DNA from: Acidocella sp.
GTDB taxonomy: Bacteria > Pseudomonadota > Alphaproteobacteria > Acetobacterales > Acetobacteraceae
NCBI GenBank assembly: GCA_965199125.1
Contig: OZ240683.1
Span: 553,013-617,012, forward strand
Length of the DNA: 64,000 nt
Direction: 5' to 3'
Shown piece after piece: positions 10,009-18,867 of this stretch. The position numbers were made by a program, and so were the translations under genes. The notes beneath the pieces were generated by a model, which saw only the letters and a program-made list of their open reading frames with translations, ran no database searches and was not told where the DNA came from. Position 1 is the stretch's first letter. Every line of letters begins with the position of its first letter.

Positions 10009-10523
10009 CGGTCCGCCTTCACGCCCGTTTCCTTGCGCCCAAGGAACTGCATGGTCGTGCCGGCAATGTGGTCGCCAATCCACTGCGCCATCCGCTCTTC
10101 CTCAACCAGCGACGCCTTCGCCGCGTTCAGCCCGGATTTGTCGCCCACCGCTTCGGCCATCACGATCAACGACTTATACGCTGCGATCTCGAAATGCTCG
10201 AAGGCAAAATTGGCCAAGGTATTCTTCAAAACCTCGTCCGGCGCCGGCGTGTGCGCGAGCGCCGCGAGGTTACCAACCAGACCCAGCGCCGCGTCCTTCA
10301 CGGAGGAGTGGGATTCGGACAATCCGGCCAGCACTTCTTCGATCCGCGTGCGCTGCATCTCGGTTTCGTGAAGATGGTCGCGCAGTTTGGCGGCCATTTC
10401 CGGATAGTTCTCCAGACGCTCCAGCTGCCGGGAAATGAGCTGCGTCGCCTGCGTTTCCATCGCATGCGCATTGTTCAGGCCGGTGACGTAATACGTGCGG
10501 GTCGTGTCGAGAGTTTCGCTCAT
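10005..10523 (-). CDS. Ferritin-like DUF892 protein (YciE/YciF family)
   Basis: GGAGG RBS then ATG 10523; GLNNAHAME, HLHETE, FEHFEIAAY, EEERMA motifs. Confidence 0.88.
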   Translation of the reverse strand: MSETLDTTRTYYVTGLNNAHAMETQATQLISRQLERLENYPEMAAKLRDHLHETEMQRTRIEEVLAGLSESHSSVKDAALGLVGNLAALAHTPAPDEVLKNTLANFAFEHFEIAAYKSLIVMAEAVGDKSGLNAAKASLVEEERMAQWIGDHIAGTTMQFLGRKETGVKADR

Positions 10524-10592
10524 CGTGTCCTCCATCGTCGCCCCTGAAGGTGGCGGCGACCGCACATCGATCAATGCCGGATAAACAGAGTT

Positions 10593-11114
10593 TCACGAAA
10601 GGGTAAAACCCAGGCGTAGTTCGGCAAGGACGGTCTCGATCAAAGGTTCGAGCGGCAGCGTCACGTCTACGGCGACGAACCGCTCCGGCGGCGCCGGCTC
10701 TTCCAGTGCGGCGAACTGGCTGTCCAGCAGGGCCGCCGGCATGAAATGGCCCTGCCGAGCGGCGAGTCGGGGCGCGATCGCTGCCGGGCTGCCGCGCAGA
10801 TACACGAAACACACATCCGGCTGCCCGCCGGCGATCAGCGCCCGGTACGCGCGCCGCAACGCCGAGCAGGTGATCACGCCCGGCCTGCCGGCCTCGCGCC
10901 ACGCGATGATGGCGCGCGCGATCAGCCGCAGCCAGGGTTCGCGGTCGGCGTTCTCGAGCGGAACACCTTGCCGCATCTTTTCGATGTTCGCCAGCGGGTG
11001 AAACGCGTCGCCTTCGGTAAATGACCAGCCCAGCCGTTGCGCCAGCGCCGCCGCCACCGTTGACTTGCCGCAACCGGCGACGCCCATCACCGCCAGGTAG
11101 CGTGGGGGCGTTAC
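10593..11114 (-). CDS. gntK: Gluconokinase (GntK/IdnK); start codon uncertain
   Basis: MGVAGCGKS P-loop, EGDAFHP, NIEKM..G.PL..ADREPWL, CSALRRAYR, HFMPAALLDSQF. The expected start position at 11114 reads GTA; the next ATG is at 11087. Confidence 0.85.
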   Translation of the reverse strand, partial: VTPPRYLAVMGVAGCGKSTVAAALAQRLGWSFTEGDAFHPLANIEKMRQGVPLENADREPWLRLIARAIIAWREAGRPGVITCSALRRAYRALIAGGQPDVCFVYLRGSPAAIAPRLAARQGHFMPAALLDSQFAALEEPAPPERFVAVDVTLPLEPLIETVLAELRLGFTLS

Positions 11115-11839
11115 TTGAAATCGTCCTTTGTCGCGCGCAGCCTTCCCAGCGTCTCCACGTCGGGCGCCCGCACGAACGGGTTGCACGCCCGCTCCGAGCC
11201 CAGCGTGCTCGGCAGCGTCGGCTGGCCTGCCGCCCGCAGCGCCCCGGCCTCGCCCGCCCGCTCCCGCAGCGCGGTGTTGCCGCCATCCGCGTGCAGGGCG
11301 AACTTCGCGTTGCTGACGGTGTATTCATGTCCGGCGCAGACCAGCGTGTCGTCCGGCAGGTCTGAAAACTTTCGCAGCGAACTGAACATATCCGCGGCCG
11401 TGCCCTCGGCCAGACGTCCGCAGCCGAGCGAGAACAGCGTGTCGCCCGGAAACAGCAGCGCGCCATCGGCAAAGAAATAGGCGACATGGCCGATCGTATG
11501 CCCCGGCGTGTCGATCACCCGCGCTTTCGCGGTGCCGAACTCGACCAGATCGCCCTCATGCACCGCGATGTCCAGCTTCGGCAGCCGATGCGAATCCGCC
11601 GCGCTGCCGACCACGGCCGGATGATACCGCGCCAGCAGCGCCGGCACGCCCTCGGTATGGTCGCGGTGGTGGTGGGTGAGGAAAATCATATCCAGCCGCC
11701 CGCCGGCGGCGGCCACCGCGGCCAGTGCCGCCTTCGGTTCGGCCGGATCGAGCAGCGCGACCTTGCCGCTTACCTCCTCGCGCAGCAGCCAGGCGTAGTT
11801 GTCGCTCAGCATCGGCACCGGCGTTGCGATCACGGTCAA
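11111..11839 (-). CDS. gloB: Hydroxyacylglutathione hydrolase (glyoxalase II)
   Basis: DNY, THHHRDH, TPGHT, GDTLFSLGCGR, CAGHEYT; TTG start at 11839 after AAGGAG. Confidence 0.95.
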   Translation of the reverse strand: MTVIATPVPMLSDNYAWLLREEVSGKVALLDPAEPKAALAAVAAAGGRLDMIFLTHHHRDHTEGVPALLARYHPAVVGSAADSHRLPKLDIAVHEGDLVEFGTAKARVIDTPGHTIGHVAYFFADGALLFPGDTLFSLGCGRLAEGTAADMFSSLRKFSDLPDDTLVCAGHEYTVSNAKFALHADGGNTALRERAGEAGALRAAGQPTLPSTLGSERACNPFVRAPDVETLGRLRATKDDFK

Positions 11840-11880
11840 GGCGCGCTCTCCTTCGTTAAATCCGATGATATATAGGCGCG

Positions 11881-12663
11881 ATGGCGATCGATGCGCGAGA
11901 CGCGGCGGAATTCTACGCCACCCCGCTGGGCGAGCTGACCGCGCGTTTGGTCCGCCGCAAGCTGGCGGCGCTGTGGCCGGACTGCACGGGCCGCGCGGTG
12001 CTGGGTCTTGGCTATGCCGGGCCGTATCTGCAGGCCTGGCGGCCGACGGCGGAACGCTGCGTCGCCTTGTCGCCGCGGCAGATGGGGCTGAACGCATGGC
12101 CGCGCGGCCGCGCCAGCCTGGCCTGCCTCGCCGAAGAGGAAGCATTACCTTTCGAGGACTGCAGCTTCGACCGTATTCTGTTCATCCACGGGCTGGAGCA
12201 GGCGGAGACCGCGCGGCGGACTCTGCGCGAGGCCTGGCGCCTGCTGCGCGATGACGGCCGGATCATCGTGGTGGTGCCGAACCGCCGCGGCCTGTGGGCC
12301 TATGCCGAAACCACCCCCTTCGGCCACGGCCAGCCCTATTCTCAAGGGCAGCTGACCCGGCTGCTGACCGGCCTGTTGTTCCAGGTAGAGTCGCGCATGG
12401 CGACGCTGTTCGCGCCGCCCCTGCACTGGCGGCTGAACCTCGGGGCCTTCGAAGTTTTCGAGCGGCTCGGCCAAACGCTGGCGCCACAATTCGCCGGCCT
12501 CACCATCATCCAAGCGCGGAAGGACGTGCTTGGCCTAATGCCGATCAGTCGTCAGTTGTCGGTCGCCAGTCGTCAGATACTGGTGCGGGGCTCCTCCGCC
12601 GTCGCCGGCTTGTCTTCACTGACCACCGACGACTGGCCACTGGCCACTGATTCTGGTGGGTGA
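11881..12663 (+). CDS. Class I SAM-dependent methyltransferase (Methyltransf_11-like), divergent from gloB
   Basis: LGLGYAGPY, LPFEDCSFDRILFIHGLE, PNRRGLWA..E.TPFGHG.PYS; this family is commonly divergent from gloB in Alphaproteobacteria. Confidence 0.85.
   Translation: MAIDARDAAEFYATPLGELTARLVRRKLAALWPDCTGRAVLGLGYAGPYLQAWRPTAERCVALSPRQMGLNAWPRGRASLACLAEEEALPFEDCSFDRILFIHGLEQAETARRTLREAWRLLRDDGRIIVVVPNRRGLWAYAETTPFGHGQPYSQGQLTRLLTGLLFQVESRMATLFAPPLHWRLNLGAFEVFERLGQTLAPQFAGLTIIQARKDVLGLMPISRQLSVASRQILVRGSSAVAGLSSLTTDDWPLATDSGG
12546..12652. repeat. Inverted pair of heptamer tandem arrays
   Basis: CAGTCGT CAGTTGT CGGTCGC CAGTCGT (12546-12573) and ACTGACC ACCGACG ACTGGCC ACTGGCC ACTGATT (12618-12652) are complementary permutations of each other. 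Confidence 0.8.
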
Positions 12664-14906
12664 CCACTGAGGAAAGGAGGTGGCGGCGGCAGATAGGCGT
12701 ACGGCATATAGATACGCTCGGCCTCAAACCGCCGTTTTACCCGCAGGTTGAACTCGCGCCGCACCGCCGCCTGCTGGCCGGGGCCGGTGCGGATCTGCCC
12801 GGTAATCACCAGCGCCGAAGCGCCGAACTGGTCGAGGCCGAACAATTTCAGGTCGTCCCTAATCATCGTGCCCCAGCTCGCCTCCTGCCGCATCTCCCGG
12901 CTGATGTCTTCCAGGATCGCGTAAACCCGCGTCAGGTCTTCCTCGTAATCGACCTGAATGGAAATCTGCGCGTAGCCAAAATCGCGCGTGAGGTTCGCGA
13001 CCGTGGTGACCGACGAGAACGGAATGATGTTGATCGAGCCGTCCAACCCGCGCAGCCTGATCGTGCGGATGGAAAGCCGCTCCACCGTGCCCTGCTGGCC
13101 GGCGAGATTGACCACATCGCCCACTTGCACCGCATCCTCCAGCAGCAAAAACAGCCCGGTGATGATGTCCTGCACCAGCTTCTGGCTGCCGAAGCCGATG
13201 GCGATGCCGAACACGCCGGCGCCGGCCAGCAGCGGCGCCGCGTTGACGCCGATTTCCGACAGGCACACCAGCCCGGCGATCACCCCGATCGGCGCGCCGA
13301 TGGTCGCCTGCAGCATCGGCATCAGCGTGCGCAGCCGCGCCGCCTGCCGCACGCGCTCGGCGGCGGCTAGCCGCTCGATCCGGCCGTGCAGCAGCGCATT
13401 GATGCTTTCCCAGACGGTGAGCGCGATCGCGATGGTCAGCACGATCGAGAAAAACGCCGAGATCAGCCGATGCGTGGTCTTATCCTCGCGCAGCCAGGGG
13501 ACGACATGAAAACCCCAGCCTTGCAGGATGATGAACACGACGCCGACCACGATGACGATCTGCAGCACCAGCCGGATCAGCGGGTTGTAGGCCCGCGCCC
13601 GGGCGGTGATGGTGGCGCGGCGCGAATGATCGGCGTCGTCATCGGACAGCAGGTGATCCAGCAGCCACATGCTGCCGCTCCAGCTCAGCCGCCCCAGCGC
13701 CGACCCGCCGACCAGCACCAGAACGATCCGCAGCAACAGGCCAAAGGCGTGATGAATGCCGCCGGCCAGCGCGATCCACAGCGCCATGACGTAGAAGAGC
13801 GCGAGGTACGGCCAGACGAAGGCGAGGCGGCGGCGCGACTGGTGCACCATGTCGTTGTTGGCGCGGTCGCCGGCGATCCAGTCCGCCACGACATGCCGTG
13901 ATTTCCAGATGATCAGCGCGACCTCGACATGCACCGCGAGCGCGCCCAGCCGGACAAGCACCAGCGTGCCGTTGCGCGGCAGGCCGAGCACTTCACACAC
14001 CGAAATCGCGGCATAGCCCATCGCGCCGGTAAACAGGGTCAGCCTGACCCAGGCGACGATTTGCTCCGCGCGCGTGCTTTGCATCGGGATCAGCCGCAGC
14101 GCCGGCGCTTTCGGCGCCACGAAAAACCGCAGCAACTCCAAGGCCAGCCGGCAGGCGAGGTAAGCGTTGCACACCACCACGATCGAGAGCCGCGCCACCA
14201 GCTGGTCGATCGGCCCGGTGCCCAGAATGACCCCGGAGATCAACGCGAACGCAGCGACGGGGAGCAGCGCCATCGATAGGTAAAGCAGGCCGCGCAGGAT
14301 CAGCCGGGCCCAGGCCGCGAGGCTTCGGCGGCGGCGGTTCGGCATGTCTTCCGTCTCACCCGCCTCGGCAGCGGCCAAGCCCTCCGGCCGTAGCGGCGGC
14401 GGCGGCTCCGCCGCGGCCCGGGCGGCCAAAGCAGCGCGCGGCCGAGCCAGAGCGAAGCGCAGCGCCGCCTCCGCCGCCAGCGCCGGCAGCACCGCGATTA
14501 ATAGGCCGCGGCCGATATCCTTTGCCAGTTGGCGCCGCGCCGGGTTTACGCCGAAGCCGTTCAGCCAATCCCAGACCGGCGTCAGCCGCATCGATTGCTG
14601 GACCGCCGCGGCAAAGGTTTCGACCGTATGGTCGGCATCCGCGCCGATCACGCTGGTCAGCGACAGGCCGAGATTGCCGGTGCCGAACGGACGCGGGGTA
14701 GCGGGCATCGGCTGGTTCGGCGGCGTCGCCGGAGGGCTGGCGCCGGTAAGTACGGCGAGCGGCGAGCCGGGAATGATCGTCGCCTCATGCTTGACCACAG
14801 CCGCCGCCGCCGCCGCCGCCGGCTGATGCGTCGCCTCCGGATTGGTGGCGGCGCGCGCCGGACCGCACAGCGACGCAAAAAACAGCAAGGACAGCAGAAG
14901 GCGCAT
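12573..14906 (-). CDS. Large mechanosensitive channel, MscS family (YbiO-like)
   Basis: Signal peptide, multiple TM helices, then LLAGAGVFGIAIGFGSQKLVQDIITG, GTVERLSIRTIRLR, IIPFS. Start set at ATG 14906. Confidence 0.92.
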   Translation of the reverse strand: MRLLLSLLFFASLCGPARAATNPEATHQPAAAAAAAVVKHEATIIPGSPLAVLTGASPPATPPNQPMPATPRPFGTGNLGLSLTSVIGADADHTVETFAAAVQQSMRLTPVWDWLNGFGVNPARRQLAKDIGRGLLIAVLPALAAEAALRFALARPRAALAARAAAEPPPPLRPEGLAAAEAGETEDMPNRRRRSLAAWARLILRGLLYLSMALLPVAAFALISGVILGTGPIDQLVARLSIVVVCNAYLACRLALELLRFFVAPKAPALRLIPMQSTRAEQIVAWVRLTLFTGAMGYAAISVCEVLGLPRNGTLVLVRLGALAVHVEVALIIWKSRHVVADWIAGDRANNDMVHQSRRRLAFVWPYLALFYVMALWIALAGGIHHAFGLLLRIVLVLVGGSALGRLSWSGSMWLLDHLLSDDDADHSRRATITARARAYNPLIRLVLQIVIVVGVVFIILQGWGFHVVPWLREDKTTHRLISAFFSIVLTIAIALTVWESINALLHGRIERLAAAERVRQAARLRTLMPMLQATIGAPIGVIAGLVCLSEIGVNAAPLLAGAGVFGIAIGFGSQKLVQDIITGLFLLLEDAVQVGDVVNLAGQQGTVERLSIRTIRLRGLDGSINIIPFSSVTTVANLTRDFGYAQISIQVDYEEDLTRVYAILEDISREMRQEASWGTMIRDDLKLFGLDQFGASALVITGQIRTGPGQQAAVRREFNLRVKRRFEAERIYMPYAYLPPPPPFLSGHPPESVASGQSSVVSEDKPATAEEPRTSI

Positions 14907-14955
14907 CGCGGCAGCCAAACGAGGGAACAGCGCTCAAGTCAATGCGCCGTTCGCT

Positions 14956-15714
14956 TCACCAGCCCGCCAGGCGCAGGCTGAACAAGGCCAGTGCCAGCGC
15001 CGGCCCGAATGGCGCCGGCTGGTCCAGCCGGCCGCCCGCGACAATCCGCCAGCCCACGATCCAGACGATGCCAAGGCACCCCGCCAGCAGCACAACCTCC
15101 GGCAGCGCCGCCACCCCTGCCCAAGCGCCGGCGGCGGCGAACAGCCTGGCGTCGCCCGCGCCCAGCCCCTCCCGCCCCCGCAACGCGCGATAGCCGGCGT
15201 TGAGCAGACGGAAGGCAAGATAGCCGAGCACTGTTGCCGCGGCATGGTCGGTCAGAGTGGCCGGCGCAAAAACAGCGGTCACCCCCAGCCCTGCCAGGAT
15301 CAAAGGCAAGGTGATCGCATCGGGGAGGATCAACGTCTCGGCGTCGATCCAGCCGGCGGCCAGCAGCGCCCAGCCCAGCCCGGCATCCACCCAAGCGCGC
15401 GCTGTCAGCCCATCCGCCGCCAGAGCGGCGGCGGCAACGGCAAGGGCGGCAATCTCAATGGCCAGGCTGAACCAGCCGATTGGCGCGAAACAGGCCCGGC
15501 ACCGGCCCCGCAAGACGGCGAAGCTGAGCAGCGGCACCAGCTCCGCAGGGCCCAGCCGATGCCCGCAGCTTTCACATGCCGAACGCCGCCAGGCCCATCC
15601 CTTGGGCACCTGGCCCCGGCCCGCCGGCGCATGCCGGATGACGACGCCGAGCCAACTGCCGATGAACGGCGCCAGTACCAGCAGGCCCCAGTCGAAAATG
15701 AAGGAAATATACAT
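14956..15714 (-). CDS. gspO: Prepilin peptidase/N-methyltransferase (GspO/PilD, A24)
   Basis: RSACESCGH..PLLSF..LRGRCRAC Zn motifs, WID...LILPD, GAGD, PFGPAL. Start uncertain (15714 or 15744). Confidence 0.9.
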   Translation of the reverse strand: MYISFIFDWGLLVLAPFIGSWLGVVIRHAPAGRGQVPKGWAWRRSACESCGHRLGPAELVPLLSFAVLRGRCRACFAPIGWFSLAIEIAALAVAAAALAADGLTARAWVDAGLGWALLAAGWIDAETLILPDAITLPLILAGLGVTAVFAPATLTDHAAATVLGYLAFRLLNAGYRALRGREGLGAGDARLFAAAGAWAGVAALPEVVLLAGCLGIVWIVGWRIVAGGRLDQPAPFGPALALALFSLRLAGW

Positions 15715-15815
15715 GCCGAGGAAATATAGACATAATGCTGTCACTTGCCTTCGCCACGCGAAAGTCTGAGTGGAGGGCAGCGCGCCAGGCCGCCGCCAAA
15801 CATGGAACGTGCCCG

Positions 15816-17510
15816 ATGGATATGATGCCCGCTCCCGCTCTGGAGCTGCAAGCCCCGCCCCCGGTCGCCGCGTTGTCGCGGCGGCTGCTGGCGGCTGGGC
15901 TGTGCGACGCGGTGGCTCTCGAGCGCGCCGAGACAGTCGCCGAGGAGTTGGGGCTGACCTTGCCGCAGGCGCTGGCGCGGCTCGGCCTCGTGTCCGAACG
16001 CGGCCTGGCGGAGCTGCTGGCGGAGATTTGCGGCCTGAAGCTGGCGGACGCCGCGTGCTACCCAGCGGCGCCGGTGCTGCCGGAACGCCTGCGCCCGCGT
16101 TTCCTGCGTGCCGCCCATGCGGTGCCCATCGCGCTGGAAGCGAATGAGCTGGTGCTGGTCTTGGCCGACCCGCTGGAGCCGTTTACCGCGGCCGCGGTCA
16201 GCCTCGCCACCGGCCGCCACGTGCGGGTGGAAGTCGGCGTGCCGGTGGAGCTGGAAGCAGCGCTCGAACGGCTGTACCCGGCGGCGGAAGCGCAACCCGG
16301 CGCTCCCGCCGAAGCCGCCTCGGACGACGACGCCGAACGGCTAAAAGATCTTGCCAGCGAGGCGCCCGTCATCCGCCTGGTCAACCAGATCATCGCCAAG
16401 GCGGTCGAGACTCAGGCGTCGGACATCCATATCGAGCCGTTCGAGGACCGCCTGCGCATCCGCTACCGCTATGACGGTGATCTGCAGGAGGCGGAGACGC
16501 AGCCGGCGCGGCTGACACCCGCAATCGTCTCGCGCCTGAAAATCCTCGCCAGGCTGGACATCGCGGAACGCCGGCTGCCGCAGGATGGCCGCATCCGCAT
16601 GGCGGTGCGCGGCCAGGACGTGGTGTTCCGCGTCGCCACCGCGCCCTGCCTGCACGGCGAGATCGTCGTGCTGCGCGTGCTGGACCGCGGCTCGGTCGCC
16701 TTCGACTACGCCACGCAAGGCCACGCGCCGCAGGTGATCAGCCGCCTGAACGATGCGCTGGCCAGCCCGAACGGCATCCTGCTGGTCACCGGCCCCACCG
16801 GCTCGGGCAAAACCACGACGCTGTATACCGCGCTGCTCGGCCTGAACGCCGAGCAACGCAAAATCATCACCGTCGAAGACCCGATCGAATACCAGCTCCC
16901 CGGCATCAACCAGATCCAGGTGAAACCGCAGATCGACCTCGGCTTTGCCAGCCTGCTGCGCTCGATCGTCCGGCTTGACCCGGACGTGATCATGATCGGC
17001 GAAATCCGCGACCTGGAAACTGCGGAAATCGCCGCCCGCTCGGCGCTCACCGGCCACCTCGTGCTCTCCACCCTGCACACCAACTCGGCGGCGGCGGCGA
17101 TCACCCGGCTGCGCGACATGGGGCTGGAGGACTATCTGGTCGCGGCGGTGCTGCGCGGCGTGCTGGCGCAGCGGCTGGTGCGGCGGCTGTGCCCCGCCTG
17201 CAAACGCCCCGGCCCCGCCGCGCCGGAACTGCGCCAACGCTTCGGCCTGGCCGGCGACACCATCTGGCACGCCGTGGGCTGCCCCGCCTGCCGCAACACC
17301 GGCTACCGCGGCCGCCAGGCGATCGCCGAATTCCTCGCTCCCGACGCCGACATCGAACGCCTGCTCTTCGCCCGCGCCGATCAAAACGCCATCGAACAAG
17401 CGGCAGTCGCGGCGGGCATGCAAACCATGCTGCAATCCGGCATCGCCGCGGTGGAACAAGGCGAAACCACGATCGAAGAAATCCTCCGCGCCGTGAGGGC
17501 GGAGGAATGA
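15816..17510 (+). CDS. gspE: Type II secretion ATPase
   Basis: SDIHIEP, RRLPQDGR, Walker A GPTGSGKTT, TVEDPIE, DPDVIMIGEIRD, TGHLVLSTLH, CPAC..CPAC. Start uncertain. Confidence 0.93.
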   Translation: MDMMPAPALELQAPPPVAALSRRLLAAGLCDAVALERAETVAEELGLTLPQALARLGLVSERGLAELLAEICGLKLADAACYPAAPVLPERLRPRFLRAAHAVPIALEANELVLVLADPLEPFTAAAVSLATGRHVRVEVGVPVELEAALERLYPAAEAQPGAPAEAASDDDAERLKDLASEAPVIRLVNQIIAKAVETQASDIHIEPFEDRLRIRYRYDGDLQEAETQPARLTPAIVSRLKILARLDIAERRLPQDGRIRMAVRGQDVVFRVATAPCLHGEIVVLRVLDRGSVAFDYATQGHAPQVISRLNDALASPNGILLVTGPTGSGKTTTLYTALLGLNAEQRKIITVEDPIEYQLPGINQIQVKPQIDLGFASLLRSIVRLDPDVIMIGEIRDLETAEIAARSALTGHLVLSTLHTNSAAAAITRLRDMGLEDYLVAAVLRGVLAQRLVRRLCPACKRPGPAAPELRQRFGLAGDTIWHAVGCPACRNTGYRGRQAIAEFLAPDADIERLLFARADQNAIEQAAVAAGMQTMLQSGIAAVEQGETTIEEILRAVRAEE

Positions 17511-17515
17511 GAGGC

Positions 17516-17656
17516 AAGCAAGGACTTCTTTTTGTGAACAAAAAGAAGCAAAAAAACGTTATCAATCTAGGCCTGTGCCCGCGTCCCCGCCAATGCCCAT
17601 GGCCCAGAATGACAAAAGTTTTTTGGTGCTTTTCTTCAAAAAAGCACTGCTTCCTT
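17516..17656. repeat. AT-rich three-hairpin repeat element, full copy C, between gspE and gspF
   Basis: AAGCAAGGACTTCTTTTTGTGAACAAAAAGAAGCAAAAAAAC, a GC-rich centre, then AAAAGTTTTTTGGTGCTTTTCTTCAAAAAAGCACTGCTTCC. Confidence 0.88.
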
Positions 17657-17658
17657 TA

Positions 17659-18867
17659 ATGCCTTCTTTCCAGTACCGCGCTTTGGGCGGCGGCGAGGTG
17701 GTGCGCGGCGTGGCGGAGGGCGCCAGCGTGGCGGAGGTGGCGGCGGCGCTGCATGGCCGTGGACTGATGGTGCTGGGGATTACGCCGGCGCGGCGGGTTT
17801 CGGGTTTGCTGAACCTGGAACTTGGCGGTGGCGGCCTGCGGCGGGGCGAGCTGACCGAGCTGACACGGGAGCTGTCGGCCATGTTGGGCGCGGGCCAGGA
17901 CCTCGACCGGGCGCTGCGCTTTCTAGTGGAGGGCGCCGCGAACAAGCGGGTTGCGGCGGTGCTGGGTCGGGTGCGGGACGCGGTGCGGGACGGCGCGCCG
18001 CTGGCCACCGCCTGCGCGCGCGAGCCGCGCAGCTTTCCGAAACTCTATATTGGTCTGGTCCGCGCCGGCGAGGCCGGGGGCGCGCTGGCGGTGACGCTGG
18101 AGCGGGTCGCGGGACTACTGGAACGGCAGCGCAGCCTGAACGCCACGATCCAGGCCGCGCTGATCTATCCGGCGATCCTTGTCGTCGCCGCCACCGGCTC
18201 CATCATTCTGCTCCTGACCCGCGTGCTGCCGCAATTCGTGCCGCTATTCGCGGAGAACGGCGTGCCGGTGCCGCCCTCCACCGCGTTTCTGCTGGGCGCC
18301 GGCGCGGCGGTGTCGCGCTTCGGCCTGCTGGCATTGGCGCTGCTGGTCGCCGGCGGCGCGGCAGCGGTCTGGGCGCTGCGCCGGCCGGGGCCGCGTCTGT
18401 TGGCGGATCGCGCGCTGCTGGCGGTGCCGGTGGTGGGCGGGCTGCTGGGCGAGGTGCTGGCGGCGCGGTTCGCCCGCACGCTCGGCCTGCTGCTGGTCAA
18501 CGGCGTGCCGCTGCTGGCGGCGCTCGGCCTCACCGGCGAGGTGCTGGGCAATAGCGTGGCGCGAACGGCGGTGGCGCGGGCCGCGGAAAGCGTGAAAACC
18601 GGACAGGGCTTGGCCCGCGCGCTCGCCCGCTCGGCGGTATTTCCGGCGCGGCTGGTGCATCTGCTGCGGCTGGGCGAGGAGACCGCGCAGCTCGGTCCGA
18701 TGGCGCTGCGGGCGGCGGACATCCATGAGGAACGCACCCGGCTCGGCGTGCAGCGCACGGTGGCGCTGCTGGTGCCGGCGATCACCATCATCATGGGCGC
18801 CGCCGTCGCCGGAATCGTGTCGTCGCTGCTGCTCGCCATGCTGAGTCTGAACGACATTGCCCAGTAG
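17659..18867 (+). CDS. gspF: Type II secretion inner-membrane platform protein
   Basis: MPSFQYRAL, AGEAGG.L, ALIYP, GEETAQLG.M, LLVPAITIIMG. The ORF-track extension to 17575 is repeat-derived. Confidence 0.92.
   Translation: MPSFQYRALGGGEVVRGVAEGASVAEVAAALHGRGLMVLGITPARRVSGLLNLELGGGGLRRGELTELTRELSAMLGAGQDLDRALRFLVEGAANKRVAAVLGRVRDAVRDGAPLATACAREPRSFPKLYIGLVRAGEAGGALAVTLERVAGLLERQRSLNATIQAALIYPAILVVAATGSIILLLTRVLPQFVPLFAENGVPVPPSTAFLLGAGAAVSRFGLLALALLVAGGAAAVWALRRPGPRLLADRALLAVPVVGGLLGEVLAARFARTLGLLLVNGVPLLAALGLTGEVLGNSVARTAVARAAESVKTGQGLARALARSAVFPARLVHLLRLGEETAQLGPMALRAADIHEERTRLGVQRTVALLVPAITIIMGAAVAGIVSSLLLAMLSLNDIAQ

Noticed and set aside
14800-14821. (GCC)n run giving a poly-Ala tract in MscS
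   Set aside because: In-frame low complexity in a linker, common in high-GC genomes.
17575-17658. ORF-track N-terminal extension of GspF; similarly prfA 52130-52165 and hisS 53486-53521
   Set aside because: The extensions are translations of repeat elements. They are not counted as coding, and the GspF case is listed only as a hypothesis.
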